Positions 23,344 through 30,270 of a stretch of DNA of 30,270 nucleotides are shown here, one piece after another. Positions within the stretch are counted from its first letter, which is position 1, and each line of letters starts with the position of its first letter. The notes beneath the pieces were generated by a model. The model saw nothing but the letters and a program-made list of their open reading frames with translations, searched no databases and was not told the DNA's origin. This stretch comes from a virus (Duplodnaviria; Caudoviricetes), in IMG/VR virus record IMGVR_UViG_3300033067_000104, positions 1 through 30,270 of that record; one strand, 5' to 3'. A program made the position numbers and the translations under genes.

Positions 23344-23886
23344 ATGTTGACGCAAGAAAGATTGAAAGAAGTTCTTAAATATGACGAAGACAATGGAACC
23401 TTCATTTGGTTAATAAGACCACGTAATAATGTTCATTATGGTGATGTGGCAGGTCAGTATGACCGTAATGGATACTTAAGGATTCTTTATCAGCGTAAGA
23501 CATATTTTGGTCATTGGTTGGCATGGCTTTATATTTATGGCAAATGGCCAGATAACGAAATAGACCATATAAATGGCAATGCTAGTGACAATAGGATTTG
23601 TAATCTACGTGATGTCACCCGTAAACAAAATATGGAAAATAAGAAAATCTATAAAAATAACAAAAGCGGATATTCTGGCGTTACATGGCATAGTAGAGAC
23701 AAAAAGTGGAACGTTCGTATTGGTCATTATGGAAAGCGCATTTCACTTGGTTATTTTGATGACTTAAATGAAGCCATATCTGCCAGAATAAAAGCAGAAA
23801 ATCAAACTTACACTCACAATCATAGAGTTAGGTCATTACAGCAAGAACATCGTTGTAACGCTGCTCTCGATCAGCAAGACCTATAA
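23344..23886 (+). CDS. HNH homing endonuclease with a C-terminal AP2-like DNA-binding domain
   Basis: LTQERLKEVLKYD...G.F.W, IDHINGNASDNRICNLR, NKSGYSGV.W and LGYFDDL.EA..AR. AT-rich and antisense to its neighbours. Confidence 0.92.
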   Translation: MLTQERLKEVLKYDEDNGTFIWLIRPRNNVHYGDVAGQYDRNGYLRILYQRKTYFGHWLAWLYIYGKWPDNEIDHINGNASDNRICNLRDVTRKQNMENKKIYKNNKSGYSGVTWHSRDKKWNVRIGHYGKRISLGYFDDLNEAISARIKAENQTYTHNHRVRSLQQEHRCNAALDQQDL

Positions 23887-24481
23887 AAGCCCCATTGATC
23901 TTTTTGGTCATGCCTTTGATGTCTCCAGCATCGGCAAACTCTGACAACTTGTTGACTTTCCAAAACCAACAAGCCGACTTGACCGCATACATAGGTTCAA
24001 GCAACAAGTCAGGATTGCTTACTAGATCAACACCAAGACTTGCACCACAGCGTGTGTAGTTGTCTTTCCCAGTCAATTGCTTCAAGCCGCGTCCTCGAAA
24101 CTTCCAGCCTTCGCCAGACTCGGCTGGTCCGTTACCCATACGTGACGAATAAACCAAGTTGGCAATCAGCTCAGGCTTGCCAGCAATGCTGTTTGCTACG
24201 GCAGTCGGAACCAGCTTCCCATTCTCCTTTACAGGCTTCTTGTCCGCGCCAAGTACAGCAAAACGATTAGGCCAGCAAGCAGCAAGAGTTGCACTGCGGT
24301 AGTTTAAATTTTCTGTCAGCATTGTGTAGCCTCCAGACTCATGCGATGTTTGCGCCAAAAACGATGCAATGCGCTGTGGAGTATTGATCTCAAACTCTTG
24401 GCAAGTGGCAATGATTGCATCAATCCACTTATCAGGATTTTTAATCTTCGCGGCTTGCAGATGCTCGATTGTTGGTGTCAT
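23828..24481 (-). CDS. Endolysin, glycoside hydrolase family 19
   Basis: FLAQTSHESGG, ENLNY, GWKFRGRGLKQLTGKDNY, SACWFW and TKKING. Confidence 0.92.
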   Translation of the reverse strand: MTPTIEHLQAAKIKNPDKWIDAIIATCQEFEINTPQRIASFLAQTSHESGGYTMLTENLNYRSATLAACWPNRFAVLGADKKPVKENGKLVPTAVANSIAGKPELIANLVYSSRMGNGPAESGEGWKFRGRGLKQLTGKDNYTRCGASLGVDLVSNPDLLLEPMYAVKSACWFWKVNKLSEFADAGDIKGMTKKINGAFIGLADREQRYNDVLAVMT

Positions 24482-24966
24482 TTGTCACCTGCCATCTCTT
24501 TTTGCTTTTTGTCCGTGTCTTCTTGAGACTTGTTGCTGCTACCGTAGAAGAATCGAATCAAGCTGTTAACAGCAGTACCAATCAAGAAACCCAAGATAAT
24601 GTTGATGAAATCGCGGTTACGGTTCTCGATGGGCATGAATGACACCATGAAGAAATACAAGAACGAAGCAGCCGTCAAAAACCATGCGTAGGCTTGGCTA
24701 AATTTACGAGTGCCTTCATCATTCATGTACATATCCGTTGCTCGTTGCGTTGACTTCTCATCAAGTTGCGCCATAAACTCGCTGTGTCGATTGGCTTCTT
24801 CTTGCAGCTTTGCGTTGTACTCAGGCGTGGCTTCGCCTTCAGGCTTTAGCTCAATACCTAGCTTTGCTTGCACAGCATCAACGCCTTTTTCCATAACTTG
24901 GTCAGCAACTTTGTGCATCCCGTTGTTAATCAGGTTCGCTACGATTCCCGCGACTATTGGCAACAT
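24478..24966 (-). CDS. Holin-like membrane protein (two C-terminal TM helices)
   Basis: Hydrophobic segments AYAWFLTAASFLYFFMVSFM and FINIILGFLIGTAVNSLIRFFYGSS; coupled to the endolysin gene. Confidence 0.6.
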   Translation of the reverse strand: MLPIVAGIVANLINNGMHKVADQVMEKGVDAVQAKLGIELKPEGEATPEYNAKLQEEANRHSEFMAQLDEKSTQRATDMYMNDEGTRKFSQAYAWFLTAASFLYFFMVSFMPIENRNRDFINIILGFLIGTAVNSLIRFFYGSSNKSQEDTDKKQKEMAGDK

Positions 24967-25252
24967 CTTTGATTTCCTTTCTTACTTCACTCTGTAACTT
25001 CTTCAACTGACGAATCTCGTACTGCATCTCTGACTTCAGCTTCAAATAGTCTATGACCACCAAGGCTGAAATTGGCAAAGCTAAGAACAAGACAATGGCC
25101 ATGACAACTACACCAGCGACAAACCACCTTGTGTCTTCACGAGCCATCCGAGCGACAGCATGAACGCCCACATCCACAGAACCAGAATTAGAACCGTTGC
25201 CGTTACCACTGCCCTGTCTACCCTGTGATTGCGGAGAAGTTCTCGTTGCCAC
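24926..25252 (-). CDS. Membrane-anchored coiled-coil protein; start uncertain (25252 or 25147)
   Basis: TM segment WFVAGVVVMAIVLFLALPISALVVI followed by a coiled coil; overlaps both neighbours. Confidence 0.55.
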   Translation of the reverse strand: MATRTSPQSQGRQGSGNGNGSNSGSVDVGVHAVARMAREDTRWFVAGVVVMAIVLFLALPISALVVIDYLKLKSEMQYEIRQLKKLQSEVRKEIKDVANSRGNRSEPD

Positions 25253-25875
25253 TTTGCATCTCTTTCACGTTTGCGCTTCAGTTGCCTGTCAAACTCCTGT
25301 TCCTCAAGAATCAGGTCATACATCTCAAGGAAACGACTGTATATGTCACGCAACTCCTTTGGCGCATAAACCATCGCTTCCCTGACTTGGACTGTCATGT
25401 TCTCCAACTGGAGTTCAATCTCAACCCTGTCAATCGCACTGTCTTCAATCCTTGTGGTCGTCTTGCTGACTTCCTCTAACTCAAGACAATGCGCTCTTAA
25501 ATTCCTTCTTATTTCAAAGAATACCTTGAGCTGCTCACACACTTGATGGATTGCTTGCGTCTGGTATTCCTCATAACTCAGCTCTGCTTGCTTTGCTGGC
25601 TTTGCCTTTGGAGCAACGCTAGGAACAATAACTTCTGTTGGCGCTGGTGTAGCAATTGGAACCGCCTTAGTTGGCTTTTTGGCTCCAAACAAACCAAGAA
25701 GCCACGACCATAAGCCAGTGACTTCCTTGTAAATCGCTTTAGCGTCACCAATGCCTTTTTCGACAGTTGACTTGAGCTTGTTGATTTCAGCCTTCCCCTC
25801 ACTGAGCATCTCACAGCCTTTTCGGACTGCTGCGACAGCAGCTTGCGCTGCCATGAGAAGGCTGATAGGGTCCAC
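25108..25875 (-). CDS. Coiled-coil protein with a C-terminal TM helix in the lysis cluster
   Basis: MDPISLL N-terminus, charged helices and a hydrophobic C-terminus. Confidence 0.75.
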   Translation of the reverse strand: MDPISLLMAAQAAVAAVRKGCEMLSEGKAEINKLKSTVEKGIGDAKAIYKEVTGLWSWLLGLFGAKKPTKAVPIATPAPTEVIVPSVAPKAKPAKQAELSYEEYQTQAIHQVCEQLKVFFEIRRNLRAHCLELEEVSKTTTRIEDSAIDRVEIELQLENMTVQVREAMVYAPKELRDIYSRFLEMYDLILEEQEFDRQLKRKRERDAKWQRELLRNHRVDRAVVTATVLILVLWMWAFMLSLGWLVKTQGGLSLV

Positions 25876-25876
25876 A

Positions 25877-26098
25877 TCACTTGTCGGCTTTACCGTCCAG
25901 CTTGTCGAAAATTTGCTTGAGCAGGTCTTTCACGTCACGCATGTCGGAACGGTAATCGTCCTTTTGCACATAGTCATGTGGCAGAGTTTTAAGCTCGTCC
26001 TCAAGCCGCTGAATCTTGCGCGTCAAGTTGTTGAGCGTGTAGACAGCCAAGAAGCCAGCAACGCTGACCACTAGATTGAATAGTTGCTGGTTGTCCAT
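25877..26098 (-). CDS. Small membrane-anchored coiled-coil protein (possible holin/antiholin)
   Basis: N-terminal TM segment followed by LPHDYVQKDDY...IFDKLDGKADK. Confidence 0.7.
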   Translation of the reverse strand: MDNQQLFNLVVSVAGFLAVYTLNNLTRKIQRLEDELKTLPHDYVQKDDYRSDMRDVKDLLKQIFDKLDGKADK

Positions 26099-26274
26099 TA
26101 CTCACCCGCTGGTTCATCTGCTGATAAAGGCGTGTTGCCTTCTTCCAGCCATTTCAAATAGGCTTGGTAGTCTGTGTTGGCTGGATCAAAGGGGATGAAG
26201 GCGTTGTCTGCAACACGCTTAATCATTGTTGTTGATACTTGTTGCGTAAAAGGTTCGATGATTTGTTTATACAT
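26098..26274 (-). CDS. Tail fibre assembly chaperone-like protein (58 aa)
   Basis: Manual translation MYKQ...IKRVADNAFIPFDPANTDYQAYLKWLEEGNTP; directly after the tail fibre gene. Confidence 0.8.
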   Translation of the reverse strand: MYKQIIEPFTQQVSTTMIKRVADNAFIPFDPANTDYQAYLKWLEEGNTPLSADEPAGE

Positions 26275-26276
26275 GA

Positions 26277-27491
26277 TTAAAGCTCCGCAGTAAGTGAATA
26301 ACCGTTTGTTGCCAAGTTTGAGTAAATCAAAGCATCACCAGCAGCAGAGGAACTCCCAGAAATGAAAGCGCTATTAAAATAAATAGATGATGAAAAAGCA
26401 GCAGCAGATGAGTTTACGGCTGACCAAGTTCCAATAATTGCCCCTGTTGGCGCAGCCCGCATAGGAACAGGAAAAATTAAAGTTTGCCCAAATGTAGAGC
26501 CTGAACCAGCCGCATACATCCTAGCCCACCCAACAAACACACCGACCTGTTTTTGATAATACCGCTGACACAAAGCCACCTCAGTACCGTACGGGCGGTA
26601 GTCAAAGCTCGTTGCTGTTGAGCCTTTTTCTAGTTGAACGCCTGTGATATAGAAAGTTGCGCTATTTGTTCCAATGACAGACGTTGTACCTGTTGCGCCA
26701 AACAACAAACCAGAAGCCCATGCGTTAGCTGTGCCTAAATAAGATGAGCCAGCGCCAAGACAAAAATGCACTCGGATTCCGATTCCGTTGTCTGTCAACC
26801 ATGTGCCAGAGGTATCGCCAGCAATAGTGACTGACTTTTGTTCCCAAGTGTTTGCCGATGAAATCGTGTAAGTGAATGGGTAACTTCTGTCGGCGGCTGA
26901 GTTCACTAAGCTACCGCTAAACGTACCAGTGAGTGAGCTGCGCACCCAAAAAGACATGGTAACGGTTTTTGCAACAGCAGTACCCCAGCCTAAATCTGAG
27001 ACATTGTTTCCTTCAATACGCTGCACACCAATACAGTATTGCGTTGACCCTAAAGAAGCATCTGCGGAAGTTGTCGTAAAGACAATAGACTTTGTAAAAC
27101 CTTCAGGAGCTTGGCTAGATTGTTGCCCAGTCATGCCGCCATCAGTATCTTCAACACCGCCAAAACGGTCAACGATATACGAAGTCGAAGCGGTCAAAGT
27201 AACACTAGACCCTGCATTACGCTGGTCAATCATCATCGCACCATTGATGATGCGGTTCTTGAAGCCTGTGTAAGGTGTCATGTTTTGACTTGCAAGAGTC
27301 ATTGCACCTTCAGCCACAGCCAGCTTCTTGCCAGACCCAACATTCAGACCAACAGATGTGCCTGTACCGTCAGCTTTGAAGATCGCATCAATGGTGTCAA
27401 GATCGGTATTGATCTTTGTTCCCCAAGAATCTGTTGACGCGCCGACCTCTGGCTTGGTCAGCGATATGTTACTTGTTGTGGTATCAGCCAT
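26277..27491 (-). CDS. Tail fibre / receptor-binding protein
   Basis: N-terminal anchor [15 protein letters not shown], then [31 protein letters not shown] and [10 protein letters not shown]. Confidence 0.8.
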   Translation of the reverse strand: MADTTTSNISLTKPEVGASTDSWGTKINTDLDTIDAIFKADGTGTSVGLNVGSGKKLAVAEGAMTLASQNMTPYTGFKNRIINGAMMIDQRNAGSSVTLTASTSYIVDRFGGVEDTDGGMTGQQSSQAPEGFTKSIVFTTTSADASLGSTQYCIGVQRIEGNNVSDLGWGTAVAKTVTMSFWVRSSLTGTFSGSLVNSAADRSYPFTYTISSANTWEQKSVTIAGDTSGTWLTDNGIGIRVHFCLGAGSSYLGTANAWASGLLFGATGTTSVIGTNSATFYITGVQLEKGSTATSFDYRPYGTEVALCQRYYQKQVGVFVGWARMYAAGSGSTFGQTLIFPVPMRAAPTGAIIGTWSAVNSSAAAFSSSIYFNSAFISGSSSAAGDALIYSNLATNGYSLTAEL

Positions 27492-27500
27492 TTTTCATCC

Positions 27501-28265
27501 TCATGCAGCAACTTGCCACGTTTCAGTGTTTACAGATATTGGAGTCCAATCATCTGCCGTTTCATCAATTCCAGACCAAGACTGTGATGTATCAGAATTG
27601 GCTTCCCAAACGCTTGATGTATCTTCTTGAAGAATCCATCCATTGTTTGTGTTGTCCTCATTTTCCCATCTTTTTCGCCCTGTGACTGACACCACAGATT
27701 CGCACGAAACTGTGAAACCTTCAAATTGGACGCGAGCGCCATCAATGACAACTGAGCTTGAACCCTCAAAGTTCATTGGTTGATTCACAATTACTTGCGA
27801 ACCAACAGTCATCACAGCATCATCAAAGACGCTCAACTCTGCCAATGCGACACGGACACCGTTTACAGATACTGCACTTACATCAGTTGATGTAAACGCT
27901 CCAATGGCAATGCGATTGCCAGCGACAGCAACAGAGCTGGTTGAGGCAGCAGTGGCAGCGCCAATGGCGTAACGCAGACCAAAGACAGAGACAGAGCTTG
28001 CAGAAACAACAGAAGCAGCGCCAATAGCAAGGCGCTGTCCAGCAACAGCAACCGAGCTGGTGGCTTCAATCGTGAATGAAGCGTCAGGCTTTACGACATT
28101 GGCTGCAACTGCAACTGAACTGGATGCAGAAACGGAAAACGCGCCTATGCAGACGCGCTTTGCCGATACAGACACTGCGGAAGTGTCTGCGATTGCTACG
28201 GCTCCAAGGCTTACCCCGTAAGAGTAATTGCCCCCGCCGTAATAGCCAGAGCCGTAAGCTGCCAT
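27501..28265 (-). CDS. Repetitive virion structural protein (20-aa repeats plus Trp decad repeats)
   Basis: YG-rich N-terminus, about 9 Ala/Val/Ser-rich 20-aa repeats, and six Trp residues spaced 10 aa apart. Confidence 0.75.
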   Translation of the reverse strand: MAAYGSGYYGGGNYSYGVSLGAVAIADTSAVSVSAKRVCIGAFSVSASSSVAVAANVVKPDASFTIEATSSVAVAGQRLAIGAASVVSASSVSVFGLRYAIGAATAASTSSVAVAGNRIAIGAFTSTDVSAVSVNGVRVALAELSVFDDAVMTVGSQVIVNQPMNFEGSSSVVIDGARVQFEGFTVSCESVVSVTGRKRWENEDNTNNGWILQEDTSSVWEANSDTSQSWSGIDETADDWTPISVNTETWQVAA

Positions 28266-28267
28266 GA

Positions 28268-28666
28268 TTAGGTCAGAGTGATCGTCAGGCTAGATGCAGG
28301 GATGCGGAACACATCGCCATCGTTGATGGTGCGTGATGTAGTCAACTCAGCCCAAGCCAACATATTGCCTGAAGTGGAAGCATCAAAGATTGCAGCATGG
28401 GTAACAGTACCCCAGTTACCACCAGAAGCGGCAGAAAACTCGATTGCGGCAGAGTTGGTTGCAGTTGTGGGTGATGTGCCAGAAACGCCAATCGTGCCAG
28501 TTGCAACGCGAGCGTATGCGTTTCCAGCCACTTCAGTACCGCCACCAGTGTCTGATGGTGCAGCAGTGAACAGACCAACGTACCAAGCTGTGGGGCGTGT
28601 TGCAGAGCCGCTAGTTAACAGCCAAGTGAGAACGAGGTTCTCGGTGTAATCGCTAAAAGATGACAT
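28268..28666 (-). CDS. Virion structural protein (tail-fibre-associated family)
   Basis: SDYTEN, YVGLFTAAP, EV.G..YARV, WGTVTH.AIFDA.TSGN.L and GDVFRI motifs. Confidence 0.75.
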   Translation of the reverse strand: MSSFSDYTENLVLTWLLTSGSATRPTAWYVGLFTAAPSDTGGGTEVAGNAYARVATGTIGVSGTSPTTATNSAAIEFSAASGGNWGTVTHAAIFDASTSGNMLAWAELTTSRTINDGDVFRIPASSLTITLT

Positions 28667-28675
28667 CTCTTTTCC

Positions 28676-29296
28676 TTATCCAAAAGTTTTTGCTCGTGCA
28701 ATCAAAGCGCCACCAGAAGTGGAACCACGATCATCAGCAACTTGTAAGTCTTCCATTGCTGACGTATACAGCGTTGCCCATACGCTAATTCTCGCATCAT
28801 CCTTCAGGTATGGAGCAGCCTGAAGCAAAGCACCATACAAATAGACATCAGGTGCAGAAGTCAGCAACCAATTGGTGGTCACTGAATCTGATAATTTAGT
28901 CAACTTTGCGTAATAGGTAAGTTCAGCCGTGTAGGATGAATCTGGTGTTGGAACTGTACGAATCTGAGAGCCAACGATTGAGAAGAATCGTGGCTTGCTT
29001 GCTGATGGGTATTGAGCTTGCAAACCATCAAGAGCATCAATAGTCTCAAATTGCAAAGGAGTGATTGGGTTCGTTTGCAGCTTGAGAGACTTAACTTCAA
29101 GGTAGTCTGAAGGCACAGTGCCATACTCAGTGTCAATAGTTGCGTTTGCGCGAACAATCATTTGACGGGTTCGCAGCTTGCGTTCAACTTGCGCTTCTGC
29201 CAGCGAAATGAAGTCTGGGATTGTTGTTGTCAAATCGGTTCGGTTGAGCCAATCTGCAACTGAGGACTTCAGCTCTGAGTATGTCGTAAGTGCCAT
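28676..29296 (-). CDS. Head-to-tail adaptor protein
   Basis: YSELKSSVADWLNR.DL...IPDFISLAE and NWLL...PD.YLYG.L..A.PYL; synteny agrees. Confidence 0.8.
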   Translation of the reverse strand: MALTTYSELKSSVADWLNRTDLTTTIPDFISLAEAQVERKLRTRQMIVRANATIDTEYGTVPSDYLEVKSLKLQTNPITPLQFETIDALDGLQAQYPSASKPRFFSIVGSQIRTVPTPDSSYTAELTYYAKLTKLSDSVTTNWLLTSAPDVYLYGALLQAAPYLKDDARISVWATLYTSAMEDLQVADDRGSTSGGALIARAKTFG

Positions 29297-29955
29297 TAGG
29301 ATGCCTTTTGTGCTTTCTCCAAGTCACGCATCACCCAAGTGTGTTCGTGCCTGAATTCAAATGTCCCAATGTGTCCGATTTCCTTCGACACATCGTGGTC
29401 AATGTAGATTTTAAAGCCAGCAGCCGTTGCTTTGCGACAGAAGAAAACGTCTTCGCCAATATAGCCACGTTTGTCTGTGCGCCAAGGAGTTTCAAACCAC
29501 GGCTCTGACAGCTTCTCAAATACCTTGCGGCTGATGAGCATTACACCCATACCGATGGATTCGACTTCTTCCAAGCCAGTGGAATCAGGCATTGAGTAAA
29601 CAAGTTGGCCTTCTAATCCACGAGCTGTTGGGCCTGTTGGCAAACGTCTACGAGCGCAGTTTGTCGCCACGATGTCTTTGTCATGCGCCAACAAACGACC
29701 AACCATGTCTTGTGGGAAGGTCATGTCTGAATCAATGAAAAGCACATGAGTGCAGTCTTCTCGCATAGCCTCAAGGCACAAGTCAGCACGTTGATTTTGA
29801 ATCAGTGTGCCTTGGTTGATCTTCAGACAGATTGCGTCTGGTGTGTTGAGTGTGTGGTACGCCACAAGGTTAACCAAACAAAACGTGAAGTTTGAATGAA
29901 CCATGTCTCGCGCTGGCGTACATACTGCAATATATTTAACGGTTTCTTTTGTCAT
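29296..29955 (-). CDS. GT-A fold glycosyltransferase-like protein within the head-tail genes
   Basis: THVLFIDSDM (DxD), GMGVMLISRKVF, GEDVFFC and IGHIG. Confidence 0.8.
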   Translation of the reverse strand: MTKETVKYIAVCTPARDMVHSNFTFCLVNLVAYHTLNTPDAICLKINQGTLIQNQRADLCLEAMREDCTHVLFIDSDMTFPQDMVGRLLAHDKDIVATNCARRRLPTGPTARGLEGQLVYSMPDSTGLEEVESIGMGVMLISRKVFEKLSEPWFETPWRTDKRGYIGEDVFFCRKATAAGFKIYIDHDVSKEIGHIGTFEFRHEHTWVMRDLEKAQKAS

Positions 29956-29958
29956 TTT

Positions 29959-30270
29959 TTATACTTGTCCTTCTTTCACGCGAAAGAATCTGTTGTCTGG
30001 GTCGTTTAACCAACGCTTCATATAAGCCTCATCATCCAGCTTACCTTCAGCCTTTAGCTGATAGTAGACAGACAATGGGATTCGAGCAACATGATGGAAT
30101 TCACCCTTCCAGCCGTTGTTGTCGGACTGTGTTAAGTCCATCTTATTCATCTCAATGATTGGCTTTACATCCTGCAAAGTCTCAATCGTTGCTTCATCCT
30201 TTTCCTCGTCGTAATGCCAGACCTTCTTTAAGCCTGTGTATTCGTCATAGTCAAAGAGTCGTGATTCGTT
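29959..30270 (-). CDS. Hypothetical virion-module protein; 5' end lies outside the window
   Basis: The frame is open to the window edge (NESRLFDYDEYTG...QDVKPII...HVARIP...WLNDPDN.FFR), longer than the ORF-track call. Confidence 0.75.
   Translation of the reverse strand, partial: NESRLFDYDEYTGLKKVWHYDEEKDEATIETLQDVKPIIEMNKMDLTQSDNNGWKGEFHHVARIPLSVYYQLKAEGKLDDEAYMKRWLNDPDNRFFRVKEGQV

Noticed and set aside
26277-27491. Diversity-generating retroelement or invertible segment acting on the tail fibre
   Set aside because: No reverse transcriptase, invertase or duplicated template of the fibre 3' end is seen in the window.

Overview
Most of the genome of a tailed dsDNA phage with a P22-like short-tail organisation. 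The protein families and gene order suggest an aquatic phage of a betaproteobacterial host, but that is an inference. From left to right: (i) a minus-strand packaging block with a partial SAM methyltransferase, a GT2 glycosyltransferase, three tiny basic proteins, terL, a ~590 bp non-coding region and terS; (ii) a minus-strand replication/recombination block with an origin-like repeat cluster, Zn-finger/TOPRIM/AAA_25 primase-helicase, SSB-like protein, Cas4-like exonuclease, RuvC-like resolvase and a Cro-like HTH; (iii) a divergent control region and a plus-strand operon of small accessory genes, including a GIY-YIG/NUMOD3 endonuclease and MazG-like and DUF6378-like proteins; (iv) a minus-strand virion/lysis block with ejection proteins, a gp10-like tail protein, GH19 endolysin, membrane proteins, tail fibre, adaptor and a second glycosyltransferase, interrupted by an antisense HNH-AP2 endonuclease. 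Portal and capsid genes are not in the window, and no integrase or DNA polymerase is visible. The best signals are non-coding: a 28-bp dif-like XerC/D site next to DnaA boxes between terS and terL, a large structured RNA candidate upstream of terL, a complete c4-like antisense cassette in front of the HNH gene, a small RNA with anti-Shine-Dalgarno sequence in the control region, and a possible RNA switch over the terS start codon. All calls are by eye; no database searches were run.
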